Of a DNA stretch of 64,000 nt, positions 27,963 to 38,890 are shown piece after piece; position 1 is the first letter of the stretch, and each line of letters starts with the position of its first letter. Both the position numbers and the translations under genes were made by a program. The notes below the pieces were generated by a model. It was not told the DNA's origin. It made no database searches and was given only the letters and a program-made list of their open reading frames with translations. The DNA is from Squalus acanthias (lineage: Eukaryota), in contig JASTWF010000034.1 of assembly GCA_030390025.1 (NCBI GenBank), positions 4,402,001-4,466,000 on the forward strand. The letters run 5' to 3'.

Positions 27963-28820
27963 GACCCATTAAGATACAGATGGCCCACCAACAACGGCCG
28001 AGGGGCCCATGGGAAATTATACAAATAGACTTTATCGGACCACTCCCCACGTCAAGGGGTAAGAAGTATTGCCTGTTAATAATAGACCAGTTTACTAGGT
28101 GGGTCGAGGCATTCCCAACCCGGAACTGTACTGCCACCACCATGGCACGAATAATGGCAGAGGAAATAATTCCCAGGTGGGGAATACCGATCCAAATTGA
28201 CTCAGATCAGGGAACTCACTTTACGGGAGCAGTAGTGAAGAATGTATGCAAGTGGATGGGCATAAGCAGAAATTCCATATTCCGTACAATCCCCAAAGTT
28301 CTGGAATGATGGAACGAATGAACCAAACCTTGAAAACAGCCTTAGCCTAGGCTTTAGGGGACAAACATTGGGTAGATATGTTACCAGCACTCTTATGAAA
28401 CTAAAAGCCACTCCAAACCGAACAACGGGCTTATCACCATATGAGCAAATGACGGGGAGGGCAATGCAACTCTCCCATGGCATAATAACTGGAGGAGAGA
28501 ATGTGGGTCCTCTAAAGGATAGGCTCCGAAGGTATGTCCTCGAATTAAGCAGTTAATTAAAGGAAATGAGGCAGCAAACGTGGGACAGACACGAAGAAAA
28601 GGATAAGGATTTAGAATTGACCGCGTTCCCATATATCCCTCCAGCCGGGACTAAGTTAATATTTAAAGGTTTACCAGGGAATCCCGAGCTTGCCCCAAAA
28701 TGGTCAGGACCATATCGGATTTTACTTAGTGGAGATACGTGTGCTTGCATTGATATGAAGGGCATGGGACGATGGAAGCACTGGACACAGCTAAAAGTCT
28801 ATGACCCTTCGCCAGCTTAA
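27957..28820 (+). pseudogene. pol: Retroviral integrase core and C-terminal domain, lacking the HHCC zinc finger (inverted relative to gag and env)
   Basis: PWEIIQIDFIGPLP, IIDQFTRWVEAFP, IDSDQGTHF, PYNPQSSGMMERMN (after a frameshift), TGLSPYE and PKWSGPY (GPY/F), with internal stops. Confidence 0.92.
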
Positions 28821-28836
28821 ATAGGGCCGCAGCTAG

Positions 28837-30529
28837 TCAGTGGTCGCCAACATGTTCCTTTACATACTGCAGGAACTTTTGATACATATCAATGGTCCCG
28901 GTCTGGTTTGGCTCTTCCTTTTTTGTCCAACACCTCTCGGTTGAATGTCCCGGTCTTCCGCAATTGGGGGCCCTACATTCTTTTGCCATATGACCCAACT
29001 TCCCACAGTTAAAACATGCCCCTTTCTTTCTTTGCGACAGTTCCCGTATCCCTGCGGCCCCTACTCTTTCTTGTTTTATTACTAGTGTTTGTCTCGCCTC
29101 TTTGGCATCTATCTGACACGCCCACTGGACCGCCGCATCATATGTATTCGCCGGCACTATTCCCATTTTTAATATCGCTTGGTGGGATTGGGACAACCCG
29201 TCCTTAAACATTTGAATAAAGGGCTGGTCTGTCATCTGGGGATTTGCTTGTCCCGATGATTCCTGGTATACGACGAACAGTCGTTCGCCATAATAACTAC
29301 TGCTTTCCCCTTTCCGCTGTTTTATTATCATTATAAGTCCCCAATTTGGTGAGGATCCTCCTAAGGCTGCCTGGACCGCTGCTTTAAAGGGGTTGTAGCC
29401 CGCGAGTTGGGCCGCCTTGTCCGCAATTAAGGCGATACGGCTGGTACAGCCACTGTCTCGGTGACCGTTTTGGTTATCCACCTCCCTCCATTTGTCAGCC
29501 GGGCATTTAGCCCGTACCAGCTGGGGGATATCCCGAGGATGGAGGTCGTGGATATCCCACATCTCCTCGAGATTTCTCCAAAATTCTCCATTTGTGCTAC
29601 GGGGCTTGAATGTTCCCAAACCTTTCAATATTGTTTGTGATTCTAAGTGGCTAAAAGCTTTGTACTTGGCTGTGGTATTCTGTACCGTTCCCTTTCTTTT
29701 TAAAGGGGCTGCCTTGACTACGTTTGGGTTCTTTCTGTGTAATTTCCTAATATCTATTTCTTCCACCTGTGCACTGGCTACGTTTTCTTCAACCATTTCT
29801 TGTTCAAGAGCTTACTGTGCTGCAAATATCAGCGGCATGGTTCCCTCTTTGTTCCTGATTTTGTATTTTCTGGTGCGCCTTTATTTTTATTACTGCTGCT
29901 AGTGTTGGAGCCTTTGCAGCTTCAAAGAGCGCCTCTACCCTCCGCTATTAATGCAAAATTTGGTATGTACCTCCGACTGTTATTAAAGAGTCCTAACACT
30001 TTTCTGACCTCACCTTACCGAGACGGGTCTTGGCATCTCTTGGATCGCCTTCCGTCGGTCTTGTGCCATGGTCCTTACCCCCTTGGACATTTGTTGTCCC
30101 AAATATGTGACCGTAGTCTGCCCAATTTGTGCCTTTTTCGGGTTTACTTTGAACTCTCCTGTTTCTAGGGCTTGCAGAACCACCACCAGGGCGGCAGCAT
30201 GCCCTCTGCTGTCTTCTGATGCTATCAACATATCATCTATATATTGTAACTCTTGTTCTAATTCAAGAATTATTTTATTTTTACTTGCAAGTCTAGTGTG
30301 GAGTCGCTGCACCTTGTTCGTTAATGCAACAAATTGGTTTACTAGTATTACCCTCGCCTTTTTCGTCTTTTTCTGTTATTGACCCTCTACCACTCTCTTT
30401 TACCTTCGGATTCTGGAGCGGATCCCACCCCTCCTTCGTCATCTTATCAACTAAACCCTTCCGGTCGTCTGCATAGATCCTAGTAAGGGACCCCATTGGG
30501 CCCCATTCTATTTGTTTCCCCGACGCCAT
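28837..30529 (-). pseudogene. gag: gag, interrupted by a 507 bp pol-derived insert
   Basis: N-terminus MASGKQIEWGP at 30529. Capsid MHR-like IKQRKGESSSYYGERLF. Zn knuckle CFNCGKLGHMAKEC and a second partial knuckle NCGRPGHSTERC. TGA stop at 28837-28839. Confidence 0.9.
29738..30249 (-). pseudogene. pol: RT (YIDD to thumb) fused to RNase H C-terminal fragment, embedded in gag
   Basis: LQYIDDMLIAS..FKVNPKKAQ..VTYLG..KVLGLFNNSRRYIPNFALIAE (RT), then ALFEAAKAPTLAAVIKIKAHQK..EQRGNHAAD (RNase H H-loop and GN.AD). Confidence 0.88.
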
Positions 30530-30999
30530 TTGCAGTCCAACTTACAGTCTTACCTGGTGCTGAGTTCCTCTACTCGGGCTTGTTCTTGATACTTTAAAGA
30601 CCTTCAATTTGTTAATCAGTCACAACACATATATATATTTGCTGACTGCACGATCCCAGGTTGCTTTGGAGCCTCTACGCTTACTTGATCCTGACCATCA
30701 CGTGGGACTACGTCCTCTTAATTCAGGCTCAGGCTAGGTGTTTGAAACAGGCACCCTCCTTGTCCGTGTCTTTCCATCACTCACTCATTCCTTTGCGACA
30801 TTTATCACTACACAGTGTTCCCTTTAGGACTTGCGATCCACACCCTAACAATTGTGTTCTCCTACCTCTCACAGACCTTACTTGATTCGTGATGCTACGG
30901 CACTGTCACTCCACCTTTCCAGGTGACTCAATTTCTGGACGGTCAAAATTGACTTCTCGTCCGAGTTCACTGGTGCGGGCGGTCTTTCAGGTCCAGAGC

Positions 31000-31017
31000 A
31001 TCCTGCCGACTACGCCA
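31000..31017 (-). other. Primer binding site complementary to tRNA-Ser
   Basis: Plus strand ATCCTGCCGACTACGCCA equals the 3' 18 nt of vertebrate tRNA-Ser(AGA/TGA) and lies 2 nt from the 5' LTR end. Confidence 0.88.
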
Positions 31018-31019
31018 AT

Positions 31020-31386
31020 TATTGGTGAACAATGAATTCACTCTAGTCTGTCTCAAAGCAGAGGATCACAGTTTATTTAACAGAGCATTCTGGGAGAAGA
31101 GCCATAGACCCCGAGGTCCAGTAATCAACTTCTCGTTGTTACAGTGGTATCGGAACTTCTTTTATACATTATAGGTTTGGGTATGCAATTCATTGCATAC
31201 AAATGTCTTCACCCAATCACATTCCCCCAGCAACAAGGTCCTTAATTATAATCTGCACTTTAAGCTATATTTTATTGTTACTTCCCTTCCAAAACAATAA
31301 ACATATGGAGTGTTGCGTCACATCTGTCTGGCCAGACTGGCTAGTCATGCGGTGATTGTTTCTGAAGTGTAACTGTTGTGCTATTA
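31020..31386 (-). repeat. ERV 5' LTR, truncated in U3
   Basis: Aligns to 25218-~25613 with many substitutions and a ~30 bp deletion. Homology stops before the LTR start. Confidence 0.88.
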
Positions 31387-31409
31387 TTGCCATGGCATAG
31401 GAGTTTATT

Positions 31410-31910
31410 CAAGTGCGGGGAGTCAAAAGGACTTTGATAGTGGTCGGCGACTGTATAGTCAGTGGGATAGATACTGTTCTCTGCAGCCACGGGCGAGAGT
31501 TCCGAAGGTTGTGCTGCCTGCCCGGTTCCAGGGTTAAAGATATCTCCTGGCAGCTGGAGAAGAATTTGGATTGGGAGAGGGAGGATCCAGTTGCAGTGGC
31601 CCATGTAGGAACCAAAGACGAGGAATGATGCTGTTTGGGGAGCTAGGATCCAAATTAAAAAGCAGATCCTCAAAAGTAATAATCTCTTGATTAATAGCTA
31701 GGCCACGCACAAATTGGCACAGGGACAAACAGATCAGATGATTTAAATGCGTGGCTAAAAGTGTGGTGTGGAAGAAAGGGATTTGATTCATTTGGCACTG
31801 GCGCCAGTACTGGGGAAAGAGGGAACTGTTCTGTTGGGACGGTCTCCACTTAAACCGGGCTGGGACCAGTGTCCTGGGAAATGGAATAACTAGGGCTGTA
31901 GGTAGGGTTT
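31410..31910 (+). mobile_element. CR1 LINE ORF1 fragment (SGNH esterase-like)
   Basis: IVVGDCIVSGID..CCLPGSRVKDI..VAHVGTKD, with downstream DGLHLN; degenerate. Confidence 0.8.
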
Positions 31911-32349
31911 GGAACTACAAAGGGTGGAAGTGTCAGGTGAGGGGAAATTTAGAAATCTAAAGAGACACGTCAAGACAATGGAGCAGTGTAGTCATTTGGG
32001 TAATTACAAGCAGAGAATACAGATCACAATATTTATCTTCTCTGCATCTACAGAATGCTTAGTTCCCATGTGCAAAGGCGAGAAAAACTCGGAGTAGACT
32101 CGGTTTGCTGTCCCTCCACCCGTAGGATTCGCAAAGCTTTCCCTGTGTAGGTCGGGCGGAGCATATGTGACCACAACATGCAAGAACTTTGTAATGGCAG
32201 GGAAGGAGGGGTAGTGGCCTAACGGTGCCTCCCAGGTTAGGATTCTCTCGGTGTGGACCATTGCTAAGGATGCACGAGGAAGCGTCAGTAACCCTTGTGG
32301 CTGCTCCCCTCACATCGGGGGTACTGTGATGGACTGGAAGCAAAGTGAA

Positions 32350-32790
32350 GGAGGTCTATAAGGGTGATGAGAGATTTTTTCCCAGAGGAATTCATTCGAT
32401 CAGTGGGGCTGAGTATAGAAGTTTGATGCGTGTTCTAATTGAAGAGTTTAAGATGATCAAATGGATTTGAGACGGTAGCTGGACAGAAACACAATCTTCT
32501 GGTGGAGGTGTCGAGATAAATGGAGGCAAAATCTCAAAACTGGAGCTGGTACATTCAGTGGTGATGTCAGGAAGCGGTTCTTCCCACAAAGGCTAATTAA
32601 ATCTGGAACTCCCTCCCCAAAACACAGTTGAGTCTAGGTTATTGATAATTTTAAAAATGAGATTGATCTACTTTTGTTAGCAAAGTGGATTAAAGGTTAT
32701 AGAACTTTGGCGATAACTAAGAGTTCGGAACAGATTTACCTCATACAATGACAACAAGAGGAATATGTGGATGTGACTCATGTCCCTATA
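32350..32790 (+). mobile_element. Old, diverged CR1-like 3' fragment
   Basis: Eroded similarity to the CR1 ORF2 C-terminus (TTCTTCCCACAAAGG..TGGAACTC..GAGATTGAT..GGATTAAAGGTTAT). Confidence 0.5.
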
Positions 32791-33043
32791 TTCCTCTTCT
32801 ATGCGTCTGGGGAAAGCTTAGTTCCTAGTTGCAAAGGAGAGGGAACATATGTGGAGATATTGGGAGACATTGAATAATGGGACTTTATATTAGGAGGTTG
32901 GGAAACTAGATTCATTAAACCTATTATTGGGCTCTCTGCTCTCTGCCTCGGGCTTCATTGGACGGGGGATGCGTTAGGACAGGGCCCTAAGACTAATGGG
33001 CAGATCCTGAAACCTGTGCTCCAGTCCAGGGAGACGGCAGCAG

Positions 33044-33240
33044 GAGCAGAGCCTGGCCATGTAACCCTGTCATACCGCCAGTGGGCGGGGCCTGCGCTGG
33101 TTACTGTGTGATTGGCTGCTGGCTCCCTTTGTGATGTCAGCTGGAGACAGGTTTTAGCTCCTGGTTACAATTCATCAGTTGTAGTTACCGTGGGCAGGAG
33201 CTGGAGTAGGCAGCGGACACTGTGAGTGAGTTTAGTCCAT
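33044..33240 (+). promoter_or_regulatory. Promoter-like module plus splice donor (copy 1)
   Basis: GGGCGGGG, reverse CCAAT (GATTGGCT), TGATGTCA, then GTGAGTTTAGTCC. Paralogous to 54831-55041. Confidence 0.45.
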
Positions 33241-33283
33241 GCACATGGGGGGAAGGCCAAAAAAGCACAATGTTTTAAATTCA

Positions 33284-33822
33284 TTCATGGGATGTGGGCG
33301 TCGCTGGCAAGGCCAGCATTTATTGCCCTTCCCTAGTTGCCCTAGAGAAGGTGGTGGTGAGCCGCCTTCTTGAACCTCTGCAGTTCGTGCGTTGAATGTA
33401 CTCCCACAGTACTGTTAGGGAGGAAGTTCCAGGATTTTGACCCAGCGACGATGGAGGAATGGCGATATACTTTCAATTCAGGATGGTGTGTGATTTGCAG
33501 GGGATGTGCAGGTGGTGGTGTTCCCATGCCCCTGCTGTCCTTGGCCTTCTAGGTGGAAGAGGTCACGAGTTTGAGTGGGGCTGCCGAAGAAGCCTTGGCG
33601 AGTTGCTGCAGTGCATCTTGTAGACACTGCATTTGTAATTAATACACATAGTAATTAGTACACACTGCATTTGTAATTAATATACTTAGTAATTTGTACA
33701 CACTGCAGCCACGGTACGCCGGTGGTGGAGGGAGTGAATGTTTAATGTGGTGGATGGGGTGCCAATCTAGCGGGCTGATTTGTCCTGGATGGTATCGAGC
33801 TTCTTGAGTGTTGTTGGAGCTG
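33284..33822 (-). mobile_element. Non-LTR retrotransposon 3' fragment (second LINE family)
   Basis: Minus-strand SKSWNFLP..LQRFKKAAHHHLL C-terminus and GCTGGCCTTGCCAGCGACGCCCACATCCCA 3' end. A second copy is at 49905-50427. Confidence 0.8.
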
Positions 33823-35480
33823 TAATTGCTCTGTTTATCCCCTCATCCCTTTTTAAACAATAGTTCAACGTTAGCAGTTCTCCAATCCTCTGGCACCACT
33901 CCTGTAGCCAGGGAGGATTGAAAAATGATGGTCAGAGCCTCCGCAGTTTCCTCCCTTGCTTCTTTTAATAGCCTCGGATAGATTTCTACTCTCAAGGATG
34001 CTAAACCCCTTAATTATACGTCTCTTACTATGTATATACCGTCAAATATTTCACTATCTTCTTCCTTAACTTCAACGTCATCATCGTCCCCCTCTTTTTT
34101 GAATACAGCTGCAAAGTATTCATTAAGTACCTTTCCCACATCCTCCGCCTCCAGACATAGATCACCATTTGGTCCCTGATAGGCCCTACTCTCTCCTTAA
34201 TTATCCTTTTGCTCTTTATGTAATTATAAAAGATGATTGTGTTTTCTTTGATTCTACTTGCCAGTATTTTTTCATGCCTTCTTTTTGCTTTCCTAATTTC
34301 CTTCTTAATTTCACCCCTACACTTTCTATAATCTTCTAGGCTTTCTGCAGTATTGAGCTCACGGTATCTGATCGAGGCTTCCCTTTGTTGCCTTATCTTA
34401 CCCTGTATGCACCTTGTCATCCAGAGGGCTCTAAGTTCAGCAGTTCTACTCTTTTTCTTTGTGGGAACATGTTTACCCTGAACTCCATGTATCTCCCTCT
34501 TGAATGCCTCCCACTGCTCTGACAGTAATTAATCTTCACGGAACTGTTTCCAGTCAACTTTTGCTAAATCACTTCTCAACCTAGTAAAATTGGCCGTCCC
34601 CCATTTTAGAACCCTTACTCCTGTGTTTTTTCTTTGTCCTTATCCATAATTATGCTAAAACGAACTGAATTATGATCACTGCCCGAAAAATGCTCTCCCA
34701 CTGATACTCCTTCCACCTGCCCAGCTTGATTCCCCAAAACTAAATCCAGAACTGCCCCGCCCCCCTCTTGTTGGGCTTGCTACGTATTGGCTAAAAAAAT
34801 GTTCTCTAGAATGCAATTTAGGAATTCTGTGCCCTCTTGTCTTTTACACTGGTAATATCCCAGTTAATATTGGGCTAAATGAAATCTCTCACTATTACTG
34901 CCCTATTGTTTTTGCATTTGTCAGAAATTTGCCTACAGATTTGCTCAGACTGTTTGGGGTCGATAGTACAATCCCAGTAAACATAGAAACATAGAATCTA
35001 GGAGCAGGAGTAGGCCATTCGGCCCGTCGAGCCTGCTCCGCCATTCAATACGATCATGGCTGATCATCCAAATCCAGTACCCTGTCCCTGCTTTAATCCC
35101 CACAGTACACATATCCCACCCTACCCCCGTAACCCCACGTATTTAATTCCCCCTAACATACCCCATCCTATCCCCATAACCCCACATATTTAATCCCCCC
35201 TAACACTAAGGGTCAATTTATCATAGCCAAATCAACCTAACCCACACATTTTTGGACTGTGGGAGGAAACCGGAGCACCCGGAGGAAACCCACGCAGACA
35301 CGGGGAGAATGTGCAAACTCCACACAGACAGTCACCCGAGGTCAGATTCGAACCCGGGTCTCTGGCGCTGTGAGGCACCAGTGCTAACCACTATGCCACC
35401 GTGTTGCCCAGTACTGTGATTGCCCCTTCTTTTTTTTTAGTTTGACCCATATAGCCTCATTTGATGATCCTTCTGACATA
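33823..35480 (-). mobile_element. CR1 ORF2 fragment (endonuclease to tether region), split by a SINE
   Basis: YRKCRGEIKKEIRKAKRRHEKILASRIKEN..FYNYIKSKR..ERVGPIRD. The sequence resumes after the SINE. Confidence 0.8.
34981..35409 (-). mobile_element. tRNA-derived V-SINE (HE1-like) with CR1-derived 3' tail
   Basis: Minus strand: box A TGGCATAGTGG, box B GGTTCGAATC, V core GTGTGGAGTTTGCACATTCTCCCCGTGTCTGCGTGGGTTTCCTCCGG, CR1 3' motif and (TTCTATGT) tail. Flanked by (CC)CAGTA repeats. Confidence 0.9.
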
Positions 35481-36767
35481 CCACCGTATTTACCATTTAT
35501 TTATTGAGGCAACATACCCACTGACACACTGTGTACATCATAACACCGCCAGGGACATACTTTGAACTGTAAAACGCTCCCACTGACCACAGGAATATTA
35601 ACACTCTGACAGAAACCACCAGTTAATATTAACACTCTCACTGACACATTCTGTCCTTATTATTATACAGTCAAGGGCTGACAGTAATCAATAAAACATT
35701 CCCACAGAACCTTGGCTCATATTTACAATAAGAGGGAGATAAATCCCCCATCAATATTAACACAGACCACGTGTAATTATTAATTGAATCACAGAACACC
35801 TTGCACACAGTAAAACACTGCTAGCGACATTCCTTGTGCAAAAATATTCTCCCACAAATGCACAATATACATTAACACACGCATATAGACACATTGTTCA
35901 TGGTAACTATGTGTCATGTGTTCCTGTAGGCAAATCTCATTCACTCTGTCGCCTGGCCTGTCTCAGCTCTCTCTCTCGCTCTCTGTCATCCTCAGTCACT
36001 CTGTATTTATCTGCTGTTTACTGTATATAGAGGAGCTGACGCTGAGACACGCGCGCGCTTCACAGTACCAGTTGGAGAGAGGGAGAAAAGGTGAGAGAAA
36101 GGGCGAGGCAAAGGAAGAAACAGGGGACAAGGGAGAGACAGAAAGTGAGTGATAGGGAGAAGAGCCAAAAGGGAGAAACAAGCAGGGTAAGACAGAGCGA
36201 GAGAGACAGAGTCAGACAGAGACAAACAGATAGACCAGGTGAGACACAGGGAGAGTGAGAGATCGGGTTATTGAAAGATAGAAATAAAGGGAAATGAGAG
36301 AAAGAGAGAGACATAACATGAGAGATAGGGAGTGAGAAAAACTGTCCCCATCAAATACTCCCAGGACAGCTATAACAAGGGTTGGATACAGAGTAAAGCT
36401 CCCTCTACACTGTCCCATCAAACACTCCCAGGGCAGGTACAGCACGGGTTAGATACAGAGTAAAGCTCCCTCTCCGTTGTCCAACAAACAATCCCAGGGC
36501 AGATACAATACGGGTTAGATGCAGAGTAAAGATGCTCTATGCTGTCCCTTCAAACACTCCCAGAGCAGGTACAGCACGGGTTAGATACAGAGTGAAGCTC
36601 CTCTACACTGCCCCATCACACACTCCCAGGGCAGGAGCAGTACGGGTTAGATACAGAGTAAAGCTCCCTCCACACTGTCCCATCAAACACTCCCAGCGCA
36701 GGTACACAACGGATTACATACAGAGTAAAGCTGCCTCTACACTGTCCCATCAAATGCGCCCAGGGTA

Positions 36768-38012
36768 GGAGATGGGGAATGAGGAAATGGCTGAGAAATT
36801 AAATAAGTACTTTGTTTCTTTCTTCACAGAGTAAGACACAAAAATCCTCCGAGAAATACGAGAAAACCAAGGGTGTGGTGAGAATGAGGAACTTAAAGAA
36901 ATTATTATTAATCAAAAAACATGGATTGAGAGTTGCTTAACTGACAGAAAACAAAGTGTAGGGAGAAACGTGTCTTTTTCAGGATGGCAGGCTGTGACTA
37001 GTGGGTTCCGCAAGGATCAGTGCTTGGGCCCCAGCTATTCACAATCTATATCAATGAATTGGCTTAGGGGACTAAATGTAACATTTCCAAATTTGCTGAT
37101 GATGCAAAGCTAGGTGGCAGTGAAGTTGTGAAGAGGATGTGAAGAGGCTTCAAAGGGATTTCGAAAGGCTCAGTGAGTGGGCGAGAACATGGCAGATGGA
37201 ATATAAAGTGGATAAATATGAAGTTAGCAACTTGGGTAGAAAAAACAGAGAGACAGAGTATTTCGTAAATAGTGAAAGTTTGGGGAATGCAGATGCTCAA
37301 AGGGCTCTGGGTGTCCTTGTACATGAGTCACTGAAAGTGAATGTGCAGGTGCAGCAAGCCATTAGGAAGGCAAATGGTATGCTGGCCTTTATTACAAGTG
37401 GATTTGAGCACAGAAGTAACGATGTCTTACTCCAATTATATAGGGCCTTGGTGAGACCACACCTGGTGTACTGTGTACAATTTTGGTCTCCTTATCGAAG
37501 GAAGGAAATACTTGCCATAGAGGGAGTGCGACAAAGGTTCACGAGATTGATTCCTGGGATGGCGGGACTGTCGGAAATGAAGAGATTGAATAAACGAGTC
37601 CGGTTTTCACTTCAATTCAGAAGAATGAGCGGGGATCTCATTGAAGCATACAAAATTATTAAACGGCTTGATAGGGTGGATGCTGCGAGAAAGTTTCACT
37701 TGGCTGGTGAGTCTAGAACCTCAGGATAAAGGGTAGGCCATTCAGGACTGAGATGAACCTAAATTTCTTCACACAGAGGGTGGTGAATCTTTGGATTTCC
37801 CTACCCCTGAGGGTTGTGGAGGCTGTCATTGGTATATTCAAAACAGAAGTCGAGAGATTTCTGACCAGTAAAGGCATCAAGGGATAAGGCGATAGGGCCG
37901 CTGGATGTAATTGAGGCAGAAGATCAGCCATGATCTCATTGAATGGCGGAGCAGATGAAGGGCCGAAGGGCCTTCTCCTGCTTCTATTTCTTATGTTCTT
38001 ATGTTCTTATGT
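36768..38012 (+). mobile_element. CR1 LINE 3' fragment with internal deletion
   Basis: KFADD region, ORF 37139-37729 (YRALVRPHLVYCVQFWSP), 3' motif and (TTCTTATG)n tail. Confidence 0.92.
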
Positions 38013-38890
38013 ACTCCCAGGGCAGATACAGCCCGGGTTAGATACAGAGTAACGCTCCCTCTACACTGGCCCATCAAACACTCCAAGGGCAGATACAGCC
38101 CAGGTAAGATACAGAGTAAAGCTCCCTCTACACTGTCCCATCAAATACTCCCAGGGCAGTTACAGCTCGGGATAGTTACAGAGTAACGCTCCCTCTACAC
38201 TGTCCCATCAAACACTCCCAGGGAGGTACAGCACGGGTTAGATACAGAGTAAAGCTCCCTCTACACTGTCCCATCAAACACTCCCAGGGCAGGTACAGCA
38301 CGGGTTAGATACAGAGTAAAGCTCACTCTACATTGTTCCATCGAATACTCCCAGGGCAGTTACAGCCCGGATTAGACACAGAGTAACGCTCCCTCTACAC
38401 TGTCCCATCAAACACTCCCAGGGAGGTACAGCACGGGATTAGATACAGGGTAAAGCTCCCTCTACACTGTCCAATCAATTACTCCCAGAGCAGTTACATC
38501 ACGGGTTAGATGAAGACTAAAGCTCGCTCTACACTGTCCCATTAAACATTGCCAAGGTAGGAACAGCATGTGTTAGATACAGAGTAAAGCTCCATCTGCA
38601 CAGTCCCATCAAACACTCCCAGGGCAGGTACAGCACGGGTTAGATGCAGAATAATGGTCCCTCTCCACTATCCCATCAAACGCTCCCAGGGCAGGTGCAG
38701 CACGGGTTAGATAGAGAGTAAAGCTCCCGCTACATTGCCTGATCAAACATACCCAGGGCAGTTACAGCACGAGTTAGATACAGAGTAAACCTCCCTCTAC
38801 ACTATCTCCTCAAACACTCCCAGGGCAGGTACAGCACGGGTTAGATACAGAGTAAAGATCCCTCTACACTGTCCCATCAAACACTCCCAG

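Larger units (their letters stand above)
25218..31386 (-). mobile_element. Endogenous retrovirus (defective, internally rearranged provirus)
   Basis: Two homologous LTRs, tRNA-Ser PBS, gag, pol pieces, env and PPT. All are oriented on the minus strand except the PR-IN block. Confidence 0.95.

Noticed and set aside
27474..28827. Independent LTR element inserted antisense into the provirus
   Set aside because: It has no LTRs or TSD of its own, occupies exactly the pol position, and re-inversion restores the gag-pro frame.
35335..35409. tRNA-like sequence with A and B boxes
   Set aside because: It is the head of a V-SINE, not a tRNA gene.
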